This document shows positions 10,768-23,430 of a DNA stretch of 40,793 bases, one piece after another. Made by a program: the position numbers and the translations under genes. Numbering within the stretch: the first letter of the stretch is position 1; each line of letters opens with the position of its first letter. The notes under the pieces are model-generated. The model searched no databases. It was not told the origin of the DNA and saw only the letters and a program-made list of their open reading frames with translations. The stretch is from Octopus bimaculoides (taxonomy: Eukaryota): positions 69,796,616-69,837,408 of the forward strand of contig NC_068991.1 of assembly GCF_001194135.2 (NCBI RefSeq). The letters run 5' to 3'.

Positions 10768-11544
10768 NNNNNNNNNNNNNNNNNNNNNNNNNNNNNNNNN
10801 NNNNNNNNNNNNNNNNNNNNNNNNNNNNNNNNNNNNNNNNNNNNNNNNNNNNNNNNNNNNNNNNNNNNNNNNNNNNNNNNNNNNNNNNNNNNNNNNNNNN
10901 NNNNNNNNNNNNNNNNNNNNNNNNNNNNNNNNNNNNNNNNNNNNNNNNNNNNNNNNNNNNNNNNNNNNNNNNNNNNNNNNNNNNNNNNNNNNNNNNNNNN
11001 NNNNNNNNNNNNNNNNNNNNNNNNNNNNNNNNNNNNNNNNNNNNNNNNNNNNNNNNNNNNNNNNNNNNNNNNNNNNNNNNNNNNNNNNNNNNNNNNNNNN
11101 NNNNNNNNNNNNNNNNNNNNNNNNNNNNNNNNNNNNNNNNNNNNNNNNNNNNNNNNNNNNNNNNNNNNNNNNNNNNNNNNNNNNNNNNNNNNNNNNNNNN
11201 NNNNNNNNNNNNNNNNNNNNNNNNNNNNNNNNNNNNNNNNNNNNNNNNNNNNNNNNNNNNNNNNNNNNNNNNNNNNNNNNNNNNNNNNNNNNNNNNNNNN
11301 NNNNNNNNNNNNNNNNNNNNNNNNNNNNNNNNNNNNNNNNNNNNNNNNNNNNNNNNNNNNNNNNNNNNNNNNNNNNNNNNNNNNNNNNNNNNNNNNNNNN
11401 NNNNNNNNNNNNNNNNNNNNNNNNNNNNNNNNNNNNNNNNNNNNNNNNNNNNNNNNNNNNNNNNNNNNNNNNNNNNNNNNNNNNNNNNNNNNNNNNNNNN
11501 NNNNNNNNNNNNNNNNNNNNNNNNNNNNNNNNNNNNNNNNNNNN

Positions 11545-11567
11545 AGATTCTGCCAGCTCGCCGCCTT
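11545..11567 (-). mobile_element. SINE-A head at the edge of a gap
   Basis: GATTCTGCCAGCTCGCCGCCTT matches the SINE-A 5' end; the rest lies in Ns. Confidence 0.7.
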
Positions 11568-11570
11568 CAT

Positions 11571-11586
11571 AATAATAATAATAATC

Positions 11587-11665
<79 letters not shown>

Positions 11666-11700
11666 CGAAGAGGGGGCGGAGGTGGAGGAGGAGGAGGAGG
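11571..11700. repeat. (AAT)n-(GAT)n-(GAG)n compound trinucleotide tract
   Basis: Directly visible. Confidence 0.95.
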
Positions 11701-11704
11701 ATAA

Positions 11705-11908
11705 ATTGTCGGAGCCCAGGGGACAGTGAGCAAAGATCTCGAGAAGTACGTGGGACAAATAGGGGCTGCAATAAGGGTGGAGATTTTGCATAAAACAGCA
11801 CTGTTTGGAACCGCTCGAATACTCCGGAAGGTGCTCGAAAAATAAGGGGTGTCACCTTAGATCACTGGTAGTGAATAGCTGAGCAAAGGCAATGATAATG
11901 ATAATAAT
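11705..11908 (+). mobile_element. 5'-truncated R4/Dong-clade non-LTR retrotransposon 3' end
   Basis: 11705-11845 translates IVGAQGTVSKDLEKYVGQIGAAIRVEILHKTALFGTARILRKVLEK*, matching the R4-clade C-terminus (..VGALG.....LQK.ALLGTARILRKVL). A short UTR and an AATGATAATGATAATAAT tail follow. Confidence 0.8.
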
Positions 11909-12030
11909 TCTCTTGTGTTTCTTTTATTTACTTAATGTTTTAATGTACTTATATTTAATGATACCTAACTAGCTCACAGCTTATAACATTTTAGAACTGA
12001 TTAAAATTACTATATTACGATTAATAATCA

Positions 12031-12150
12031 TTTTTACTGTAAATGCAAGGCCTGGAAGTTAGAGGAGGAGGTCAATTACCGTTGGTGTTACTTATATTAT
12101 CGACACCAAATGTATGAACGGCAAAGTAGACCTTGAAGGAATTTTAAATT
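12031..12150 (-). mobile_element. Decayed SINE-A fragment
   Basis: TTTTACTGTAAATGCAAGGCCTG tail; TACTTATATTATCGACACC...GGCAAAGTAGACCTTGAAGGAATTTTAAA centre. Confidence 0.55.
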
Positions 12151-12435
12151 ATAACTAATCTAGCTTAAAAGCTAGCCTGTCGGGCGCCTTTTAAACTAGA
12201 TCCTGTGGAAGGCCCTTCATTGGGCCTTGGGCCCAACAATGACACTTCATACATTGAGTATATATTAAATTTAATCAAATCTGACGAATATTTTTCAAGC
12301 AACGAACAATTTTCGTGAAAACACTGATATTATATGTCGACTTGGAACTTGTTGCAAAGCTGCATGATAAACAACAGTTTTTGTCTTCCAATTCGGGGGT
12401 CAGCACAATTTTTTTTCTATCTAACTTCTTTCCTT

Positions 12436-12474
12436 CTCTCTCTCTCCCCCACACACTCTTTCTCCCTCTCTCTC

Positions 12475-12563
<89 letters not shown>
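12436..12563. repeat. (CT)n microsatellite, followed by a cryptic (CAC/CAT/TAC) simple-sequence region to about 12900
   Basis: Directly visible. Other (CT)n tracts occur at 4372-4402, 10699-10767 and 36474-36640. Confidence 0.95.
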
Positions 12564-12566
<3 letters not shown>

Positions 12567-13435
12567 GATTGTTTTCAACTATCACCATCACCAGTACCAC
12601 CACCATCGCCACCACAATTGCCATAAACACATTATTCAAACTTCTGACACCACCACTCTCTATACCTTTGACTTCGCCGCCTTCCCCTCCACCACTATTA
12701 CCACTGTCTTTCATATCGCTTACTATCACCGTCATATCTGACCGCCTCGGCTACCACCACCACCACCACCACCACCACTATCATCTCCGTCGCCTTCAGC
12801 TCTATCACAACTACAGCTCATACTATTACTATCACCCTATTACCATCACAACCATCAATCAACTACGGCCGTCGCCATCTCTATGCCTACTATTACTCTC
12901 ACCCCAACATGAGGAATATTATAAGTGTCATTGAATTGTGAGAGAGGGTTTAAAATGTGACAAACTCACACACAGAAATTCGTTTTCGCAGTTATTATTA
13001 TACATTAACCGGAAGAACTATCGCATTGTCTCCAACGCGCTAAATGTTCACCAGCTCGATACCTTTATTACAATTAACAAAGAATGTTTAGTTTACGTAA
13101 ACCTAAGTTTATGAATAAATCTAATGGCAAATTATATGGAAATATAATGTTGCTTTATGATATTTTCCCATCTTTTGTTGAGGAGGAAAGTCAGTGTCTA
13201 TGAATGTTTACCAATCCCCCGAGGCCGGTCAGAGGAAGGAGGAGGACGATATCTTCAAAAAGTGGAACTGTTCTTTATGCTCGCAACAGATTGGACTCTA
13301 CTATAGACGTCCGAAGTGTCAAATGTCGATGGTGTGAAACCGAGCTACGGATAAACTCTGCCAACCTAAACGATGAAAGACATGTGTTAAAGCATGATGC
13401 AGATGTTGATTCTAAAACTTCATTAAAACTCTAAC

Positions 13436-13655
13436 TGTTGTGTCGACGCCCCCAAGCGAAGAAGTGGGCTCGACCAAGACATATAAACAGGTAGTCTGAC
13501 TGTGGTAGGAGCTGACTGACAGTGGACTGACAGTTGAGTAGCCGTCGTGTAGCGGTTGAGCAGAGATCATCCGAAGGTGCTAGATAGCAGTAGCATAAGA
13601 CATAACACCATCCCGATTTTTATTACATACCAGTCTGTATTACCTAATGTGACCC
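13436..13655 (+). mobile_element. Possible LTR remnant (Gypsy-like)
   Basis: Starts TGTTG, has TATAAA at 13482 and higher GC than its flanks, and ends near TGTGACCCC (weakly like a TGGTGACCCC PBS). No partner LTR and no TSD were found. Confidence 0.3.
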
Positions 13656-14634
13656 CTTTTCTTCTGGATTTAAAACGCTAGGAAATATCGCTGTTTTCTC
13701 TCGCTGTTTAAGCAACGATGTTTTGCTGATCCGTATATATTTTTGCCAAAAATACATAGTTGAAACAATTACTTCTAAACACTATTTGTATGTTGGTTGA
13801 GCTATCAGAATCATGTTTGTTATCTTTGAGTGGGTATGATACTGAACTATATTTCAAAATGTCCACTAATAAAATATTTGTTTCTATTCAGCAGTTATTT
13901 AAAACGTCGTGTATATTTAGAGTTAAGACAAAATACAATTTTCTCTTACAATTGTAGAAAACTCATGTTCGTTGAGTATATATTCCATTTTAGCAGCAAG
14001 ACCTCCACTGAGTTAATATTTATTTTCAACTCCTTTGGTGGCATTTGAACTGTGAAGAAGCATGACTAAGTACTACAACACAATTTATATACCAGTCCAC
14101 TATTCAAATTCTGCTAAACCACCACCTATAGAGGAATCAAAATATTAAATATCATTAATTAACTTTTAGTTTTTTTTTACGGATAATTCTAAAAAGTATT
14201 AAATAAATTTCTTTTGGGAATTAATCTAGGATTAAAAGAAGAAAAAAAATACAGATATTAAATATTAGTATTATATAAAAAAAATTCCTAGAGCTGTCAT
14301 ATTTTGTTTACATTTTCAAACGCTTCAGCCATTTACCCTTATATCAGATATTTAGCAAAATTCAAAGTAAATAAATAATTGAACATTTATTCTAATTGTG
14401 CTGTAGTAGATTTTTAAGCATGTTTCAGGTTTCATTGAGATCTGTGTCCAAAAGTTGACCCGACTTTGACAACTGCACCTTCGCTGAAGAGCTACATATC
14501 TAAATATTCATTATACAATACGACCTTTTGTTTCTTTATAACATCACAATATGCAATTGAGAGCAGATTTAATTGGTATTTTAATTTCATTGGTTTAGTA
14601 GTTACTCTTGGATTTCAATCAGTTTTTTTTTTAG

Positions 14635-14760
14635 ATATTGAAGAATATGAGAAAATTTTCCGTTGTCTGTACACTGCTTTCCACTGGTCAAATTCATATA
14701 GAGTGTATTCAGTTGGACATTGTACACTCGATAATTGTTGAATCATTCTTATTTCGCATG
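14635..14760 (+). CDS. Candidate internal exon of an unknown gene
   Basis: Poly-T...TAG acceptor, 126 nt open in phase 0 (ILKNMRKFSVVCTLLSTGQIHIECIQLDIVHSIIVESFLFRM), and an ATG|GTAATC donor. No homology was recognised. Confidence 0.15.
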
Positions 14761-16796
14761 GTAATCATGCCAGGATTTGTGCATCCAAAATGGCATGTGC
14801 ATACGGCATGCATGAATTTAATGAATTTGTCATTTTCCCGTAATATATTAAAATTTTGAAGGTTACGAGTAGTAAAAGAACTACCATACAGTTCTCTATT
14901 TCCGCTTCATGCAGTGCTAATTGTACTAAGCTTCGAATCACACAACAGAGGAATTTCAATGATATATGACTTCTTGCTCCGGGAAACCCCGGGTTGTTAA
15001 CCTCTACACCCACAGTTTTAAATTTTTGCAGATAGGGTTGGTACGAAGGGTGACCCAGCATAATGGATTGGGAATAACAGACGAATAAACTCCAGTGCAG
15101 GTATTTCATTTATCAGAACCGTACTCAGAGCAGGGAGAACAGAGGCAGATAACAAATACTTTTGGCCGACATATTAACCACTCTGCCACTACGCCGCCTC
15201 ATAAAGCTAAAGACCAATAGATTATAATGTTACAACGTATACTGAGAATTTTTCGTTAAAAACACTTTAAACAATCTAAGAAAGGGCGTGCGTGCACAAA
15301 CACACACATAACAAACACACGTGAATATATATCTATGTATATAGATATACATATGTGTGTATGTGTGTGAATATATATATATATATNNNNNNNNNNNNNN
15401 NNNNNNNNNNNNNNNNNNNNNNNNNNNNNNNNNNNNNNNNNNNNNNNNNNNNNNNNNNNNNNNNNNNNNNNNNNNNNNNNNNNNNNNNNNNNNNNNNNNN
15501 NNNNNNNNNNNNNNNNNNNNNNNNNNNNNNNNNNNNNNNNNNNNNNNNNNNNNNNNNNNNNNNNNNNNNNNNNNNNNNNNNNNNNNNNNNNNNNNNNNNN
15601 NNNNNNNNNNNNNNNNNNNNNNNNNNNNNNNNNNNNNNNNNNNNNNNNNNNNNNNNNNNNNNNNNNNNNNNNNNNNNNNNNNNNNNNNNNNNNNNNNNNN
15701 NNNNNNNNNNNNNNNNNNNNNNNNNNNNNNNNNNNNNNNNNNNNNNNNNNNNNNNNNNNNNNNNNNNNNNNNNNNNNNNNNNNNNNNNNNNNNNNNNNNN
15801 NNNNNNNNNNNNNNNNNNNNNNNNNNNNNNNNNNNNNNNNNNNNNNNNNNNNNNNNNNNNNNNNNNNNNNNNNNNNNNNNNNNNNNNNNNNNNNNNNNNN
15901 NNNNNNNNNNNNNNNNNNNNNNNNNNNNNNNNNNNNNNNNNNNNNNNNNNNNNNNNNNNNNNNNNNNNNNNNNNNNNNNNNNNNNNNNNNNNNNNNNNNN
16001 NNNNNNNNNNNNNNNNNNNNNNNNNNNNNNNNNNNNNNNNNNNNNNNNNNNNNNNNNNNNNNNNNNNNNNNNNNNNNNNNNNNNNNNNNNNNNNNNNNNN
16101 NNNNNNATATACAAATAGATATGTGTGTATGTATATATATATATATGTGTGTGTATGTCTCAGTGTGTGTTTGTGTGTGCATGTTTGTGTGTGCATGTTT
16201 GTGTGTGTGTGTATGTGTGTGTGTAAGAATATTTTAATGTTGAGCTATATAGCAATGTACAACCATGCAATCATAGCATGCTCTTCTGTTGAGTATCATC
16301 GACAGGAACAACAACGACAACAGCAACAGCAAAACTAAGAACAGCCACAGCACGACTGCCATACCAACCGCCGCATTTCAACAGTAAATCTTAGAAAATT
16401 ATGTACATTACGCTTCTGCAGCCTTTTCAGAAATATTTCGAAATTCATTTACATATTTTTACTTTAGCTGGAGATTCTATCTCAATTTTGTATAATAAAT
16501 AATAATTCTTTGGCGATATTGGACGCAATATATCTTGAGGGAATACCTTCCGGGCAATGTTGCATTTTACAGCGTCAATAATTGCTTTTAACGTTAGTTT
16601 AATTTCTATAATTTTATTTGTGTGTGTGTGCGTTTATATATATATATATATATATATNNNNNNNNNNNNNNNNNNNNNNNNNNNNNNNNNNNNNNNNNNN
16701 NNNNNNNNNNNNNNNNNNNNNNNNNNNNNNNNNNNNNNNNNNNNNNNNNNNNNNNNNNNNNNNNNNNNNNNNNNNNNNNNNNNNNNNNNNNNNNNN

Positions 16797-16866
<70 letters not shown>

Positions 16867-17134
16867 ATATATATATTCATATATATATATATATGTATAT
16901 ATATATCTATATATATATATGTATGTAATATATATATATGTGCATATATGGATGTATGTATGTGAGTGTGTTTGAGTATGTATGTGTGCATGTGTGTGTA
17001 TATATACGCCCGGTCACATACACCTACAGACCTTCACTTATACGGATATTAGAAATGTTGGTGAAAAATAGAGAGCTACAGAAAAGGTTGAGAGTACAAG
17101 GGGAAGGAAATTAGTTAAATATGTACATGACTAG

Positions 17135-17143
17135 ATAAATAGG

Positions 17144-17210
<67 letters not shown>
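17135..17210. repeat. (GATA)n microsatellite
   Basis: Directly visible. Further GATA/GACA tracts occur at about 17790-17840, 18780-19060 and 19351-19450. Confidence 0.95.
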
Positions 17211-17211
<1 letters not shown>

Positions 17212-18009
17212 ATTGTGTTCGGGTATGAGACAATGATTATATTTACAGTGCGATAAAGAGGCAGATATAGAGGTAAATATATATGCAAATAGAGATGGAG
17301 TGACGCCCAAAGAAATATATAAAAGCAGAGTGACAAAGAGAGAGCCAAGAAGGCAAGAAATTGTAGAGTGTTAGACAAAGCAAGAGAGGGAGGGAGGAGA
17401 GTGAAAGTGTGTTTGCGTATGTGTGAGGTAGAGAAAGAGAAAATTATAGAAAATATAAGCTGTAAGAAACTGGCGTTAAAATGTTCGAATTTAACATGCA
17501 TAGAACTTTAGAAAGAAATGGATGGATTTAGAGACTAAGGAAGAAATATCTATTATGTTAATAACTCAGTTAGCGCACGGAAATTTTTGCAAGTGAGAAA
17601 GGGAATATGTAACTGAGGTGGAAAGAAAGATGGGTGAACGAGTTATCATGAGAGTCGATAATACATTAAAATTGAAGATGGCCGACAGATACACAGAGAG
17701 AGAAAAACAGAGGGGGCCTGAGCTGGTTGGATACAATATAGATATATAAATTGATAGATAGAAGTACTGGTATATAGTCAGATTGCCAGACAAATAGATA
17801 GATAGATATAGATAGATAGATAGACAGAGAGAGAGAGAGAGATTGATACATACACATATATTTTTGCGTATATATATATATAAATCAATATACATATATG
17901 TGTATATATATATATGTATATTTGTGTATGCGCGTGTGTGTGCGTGTATGCGTATGCAATATATGGTCATATAGACGAATCTATTGAAGAAAACAGACAA
18001 AAGATAAAG

Positions 18010-18408
18010 GCCATCGCGGCTGTGGTAAGAAGCTTACTTCTCAACCACATGGTCCCGGTTTCAGGTCCATTGTGTGGTACATTGGGCAAGCGTCTTCTTT
18101 TATAGCCAAGGGCCGACCAAAGCCTTGTGACTGGAGCTGGCAGGCGGAATCTAAAAGAAGCCCGTCGTGTATATATACATATATATATATTTGTGTATGT
18201 GTCTCTGATTGTCGCTCCACCATCGCTTTACAACCGATCTCAATGTGTCTACATCCCTGTAACTTAGCAGTTCTGCCAAAGAGACCGATAGAATAAGTTC
18301 TAGGTTTACAAAGAATAAGTCCTGGGGTAGATTTATCCGACTAAAGGCGGTGCTCCAGCATGGCCGCAATCAAGTGACCAAAACAAGTAAATGAAAGCAA
18401 ATGAAAGT
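18010..18408 (+). mobile_element. SINE-C (tRNA head, CORE-like segment, internal TA/TG microsatellite), older copy
   Basis: Collinear with 30030-30440: TGGGCAAG...GGCCGACCAAAGCCTTGTGA...AAGAAGCCCGTCG(TA)n...GCGGTGCTCCAGCATGGCCGCA. Resembles octopus OR-type CORE-SINEs (recall). Confidence 0.88.
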
Positions 18409-19060
18409 GTATGGACTATTAGACAGATATATAGACACATACATAAATAGAAGTATCGACAAGGAAAAAGAAAGTTAGTTGCATTTGAAGATACGTAGAT
18501 GGACAAAGAAGCAAAGAGAAATTGGATAATAGGATAGACAAAGAAACGGTTTTATAGCTAAATATATCGGAAAACAAATGGAGATAGACAGAGAGGAAAA
18601 TACTGCAATACACATGAATATAGTTAGCTAGTCAAGTACATATATAGATAAATATACAACCATTGGGAATGGGCGACTGATAAATATATATTGACAGATA
18701 TATAGTTAGATAAATATATATAAACAGACGAGGATATAAAGTCAGAGATAGAGAGACACAGGGACATATATGTGGTTAGGTAGACAGACAGACAGACAGA
18801 TAGGCAGATAGATAGGTATGGAAAGTCAAGGATAGATATATAAATAGAATGATAACTAGATTGATAAATAAATACACAATTAGAAAGTTAAGTAGAAATA
18901 TTTAAAGATACGCAGTCAGAAAAATGAACAAATATTGGTAGCTAGGTATAGCTAGATAAATAGATATACAGATAGACAGATAGACAGATAGACAGACAGA
19001 AAGAGAGACAGATAGAGAGAGAAATAGATAGATAGATAGACAGATAAATAGATAAGATAG

Positions 19061-19350
19061 GTTTCTTTATTAGCCACACAGGGCTCAACACAGAGGGGAC
19101 AAAATACAAATGTAGAGTTTTTCTTTTCGAGGGGGTCGAAAACAAAGCAGAAAAAAAAACAAAAGTGGGGACAACGATGAAAAAAAAAACATCGCAAAAC
19201 GTTTGGGGTATTTACAAAAAATACGAAATAATACAAAAAATTCCCAATAAATGGGGAGGTTATCCGTGGAAAGAAAAACCTAAAGTTGATGAGAGATTGA
19301 CCAGAGAGGAAAGTATTTGTCTCTAATCCTTTCAGACGCGTCCACCAGAA
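19061..19350 (-). mobile_element. 5'-truncated L1/Tx1-like LINE 3' end inside (GATA)n with an 18-bp TSD
   Basis: Minus strand starts FWWTRLKGLETNTFLSGQSLINF (Tx1-like ORF2 C-terminus by recall), then a pyrimidine-rich UTR ending AATAAAGAAAC. Flanks are GATAAATAGATAAGATAG (19043-19060) and GATAGATAGATAAGATAG (19351-19368). Confidence 0.65.
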
Positions 19351-19361
19351 GATAGATAGAT

Positions 19362-19452
<91 letters not shown>

Positions 19453-19773
19453 GAGAACTACAAGAAGCAGACTATGAATTTAATAAAAAATAACAATAAA
19501 AAAAACAGTTTGAGAGATAGAGGAGCAATTTAAAGGACATACTAACAATAATTGGCATATTATGAAAATAGTTACTGTTCGGTGTTTATAAGTGAACGAA
19601 AAAGAAAGCACTGCAGAACTGGAAAATAAAATATAATACAAAGAACAACAACATAATAACATACTATTCGAGAAATAAATGCATATAAATATAATCAAAT
19701 GCACACGCACACACACACATACATATATATATATATACATATATAAACATACATATATATACATATATAAACA

Positions 19774-19809
<36 letters not shown>

Positions 19810-20601
19810 CATATGTAAACATNNNNNNNNNNNNNNNNNNNNNNNNNNNNNNNNNNNNNNNNNNNNNNNNNNNNNNNNNNNNNNNNNNNNNNNNNNNNNN
19901 NNNNNNNNNNNNNNNNNNNNNNNNNNNNNNNNNNNNNNNNNNNNNNNNNNNNNNNNNNNNNNNNNNNNNNNNNNNNNNNNNNNNNNNNNNNNNNNNNNNN
20001 NNNNNNNNNNNNNNNNNNNNNNNNNNNNNNNNNNNNNNNNNNNNNNNNNNNNNNNNNNNNNNNNNNNNNNNNNNNNNNNNNNNNNNNNNNNNNNNNNNNN
20101 NNNNNNNNNNNNNNNNNNNNNNNNNNNNNNNNNNNNNNNNNNNNNNNNNNNNNNNNNNNNNNNNNNNNNNNNNNNNNNNNNNNNNNNNNNNNNNNNNNNN
20201 NNNNNNNNNNNNNNNNNNNNNNNNNNNNNNNNNNNNNNNNNNNNNNNNNNNNNNNNNNNNNNNNNNNNNNNNNNNNNNNNNNNNNNNNNNNNNNNNNNNN
20301 NNNNNNNNNNNNNNNNNNNNNNNNNNNNNNNNNNNNNNNNNNNNNNNNNNNNNNNNNNNNNNNNNNNNNNNNNNNNNNNNNNNNNNNNNNNNNNNNNNNN
20401 NNNNNNNNNNNNNNNNNNNNNNNNNNNNNNNNNNNNNNNNNNNNNNNNNNNNNNNNNNNNNNNNNNNNNNNNNNNNNNNNNNNNNNNNNNNNNNNNNNNN
20501 NNNNNNNNNNNNNNNNNNNNNNNNNNNNNNNNNNNNNNNNNNNNNNNNNNNNNNNNNNNNNNNNNNNNNNNNNNNNNNNNNNNNNNNNNNNNNNNNNNNN
20601 N

Positions 20602-20642
<41 letters not shown>

Positions 20643-21114
20643 ATATATATATTCCGCCTTGTCAGACATATAAACACTGTCTTGCATGCTCGCACTCATT
20701 TATTTACACAGCTACATATATATTCAAATGGCTTTCAGCTTTTCATTTCCCTGATATACAAAACCGTGTTCTAATATGGAAACTAAATTTTCACGCATAT
20801 GTTTCCTCACACATAAACTCTTTTTGTCTTGTTCTTTCTGTATATAATATGCATAAATTAACTGAACATTTATGCATATTATTTATATAATGTAGTGTTT
20901 AATTTATTAGTATTTATAACAATATTCTTCCAACGTATTTCTCTCCAAACCCTTGTTGTTGTTTATGCTGTAACCTAGATAAGCCCTCTTCGAGCAGAAC
21001 TAGAAGGAAAAGGAATGTTATCCAGACGTATCGTTTATTCAAGTATAATAGATCCTGTACTTGCATCCAATAGGTTTTTACCTTTCTATTAATGTTGCAA
21101 TATATGAGTTGAGA

Positions 21115-21540
21115 AAGACAGCGAGCCAGCAGAAACGTTGGCACGCCGGCCGAAATGCTTAGCGGTATTTCGTCTGCCGTTACAATTCCGCCGAGGTTGA
21201 TTTTGCCTTTCATCCTTTCGGGGTCGATAAATTAAGTACCAGTTACGCACAGGGGTCGATGTAATCGACTTAATCCTTTTGTCTGTCCTTGTTTGTCCCC
21301 TCTGTGTTTAGCTCCTTGTGCGCAATAAAGAAATAAGAAACGTTGGCATGCCGGGTGAAATGCTTAGCTGTATTTCGTCGGTCTTTACATTCTGAGTTCA
21401 AATTCCACCAAGGTCGACTTTGCCTTTCTTTCTTTCGGGGGGGGGCGATAAATTAAGTACCAGTTGCGTACTGTGGGGTCGCTCTAGTCGACTGGTTCCC
21501 TCCACCAAAATTTCGGGTGTTGTGCCTAGAGTAGAAAAGA
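21115..21540 (+). mobile_element. SINE-A dimer (left plus right monomer)
   Basis: Two bodies joined at AATAAAGAAATAAGAAAC|GTTGGC. Probable degraded 15-bp TSD: ATATATGAGTTGAGA (21100-21114) and ATATATAATTCGAGA (21541-21555), 12/15 identical. Confidence 0.9.
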
Positions 21541-22014
21541 ATATATAATTCGAGAGAAATTTTGCTGCTATTATAGACAATCCTTCAGTGGTCGTCTTTT
21601 TCGTTTTAGTTTTTATTTCAACGGTAGCTATGCGAAGATAATGATGTATCATATTTTCTTTTCCAATCATTATTTTTAAGGAAATAATATATTTGATAAT
21701 ACCTTCAGGATAACACAGCAGATGATAAAAAGAATACTAGATAGCTATGGGTTTATTGAATTTGATCATAGATTTACTCAGACTGAGAGGACTTGATTGA
21801 TCATGCTCACCAAAATAAACACTAAGAATAGAAATAAATGTATTTAAACTTCTTAATCTATTCTAGCAGGCTATTATGTCATATCTACGTATCGACGTTT
21901 CAAACTTCTTACGTTCCTCAAAATATAGTTTCACTAGGCAGAGTCAACCCAGAAGTCAAGTGTCACCTCATTATTTACAGATCCACTTTCCGTAGACAAA
22001 ATTATTATCGTACA

Positions 22015-22860
22015 TGTCAGCATGATTTCAATCGATACATTGCATTTCTACCAAAGTTGGACCCAAATCTCAAATCCTTTCTGAAAACATTCAGGTGGAT
22101 TGCTGAGCACAATTCTTCACAGTTACTTTCGGCTCGTCTGTGTTGACCCTGAACACTATCCTACATCTGTTTGCACAGGTGGATATCAGAGGGTCCCAAA
22201 TTCTGGGCTGCATAGTAGATAGGGGACAAATGAACTGCCCGATTTACTGATAGCTCAATTTCTTCTTGGGTGTGTGTGGTCACACATTGTCATAAGGAAT
22301 ATGCATTGTTTTCAGATTCTTCTTAATTAATGGCATCTCTAAGATTTTCAGGCTCTCAATGTATTGCCCTCTCTTCATGGTGCAACCACGTTTCAGAAAG
22401 TCAAAAAGAATAACGCACTGGACATCTATAGTGAAACTTTTAACACGATATTCTGTGGAGTAGGAAGCAGCCTTCCCATTTCTCTCCTTCAAAGAAAGTG
22501 TTAACTGCCGAGTTATCTTCTCTGTACATATTTTGTGAAACTCAAAGTCTTACCCCATTTGTAATGTATTGTGGTTACATTCCAGGGAGCAGCAAGTTCA
22601 CGGCTTGTGAGGTCAGTCCACTCAAATCGTGGTTTAGTTTCAATAGCGATTTTCTCCCTTTGATCTCCTCCCTCTCTCTGTGACCACTGCTTATCTTAGT
22701 GGTGTCTCGTCCGTTAACAAACTCTCGATTTCATTGAATGTCAGAATTCTTTTGACACTCCATCGACAAAAGGTCAATGATAGAGCATTGCTTCTCTTTA
22801 AGGCACATGATCTTAACGCGATGAAGGCGGTTATTTTCAGGTATGTGAACTTTTGCAAAC
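22015..22860 (-). mobile_element. Decayed mariner (DD34D-type) transposase
   Basis: ORF 22280-22492 gives DVQCVILFDFLKRGCTMKRGQYIESLK...HIPYDNV. Downstream frames give YYAAQNLGPSDIHL and FQKGFEIWVQLW*KC, matching WD..GVIL.DFL..G.TIN...Y, HDNARPH, YSPDLAPSDFHL and the C-terminus. Boundaries are approximate. Confidence 0.8.
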
Positions 22861-22983
22861 ATTTGGAGATATTTCAGGACAGATTATGTTTATAAAAAAA
22901 AACCCAGATATATAATAACAAATAATAACTTTATTTATCAAAAACTGCTATGAGGATAAAAATAAGCCTTCTTTTCTATAAAG

Positions 22984-23315
<332 letters not shown>

Positions 23316-23397
23316 ATTGATCATAGAGACATACATACACACACACACTCACATACATACATACATACATGCATGCATACATACATGCATGCATACA

Positions 23398-23430
<33 letters not shown>

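Noticed and set aside
14765-15109. 114-aa minus-strand ORF
   Set aside because: No recognisable motif or splice context; the length is attainable by chance.
21897-21925. CGACGTTTC...TTCCTCAA, weak Penelope-type signature
   Set aside because: No stem II pairing and an altered core.
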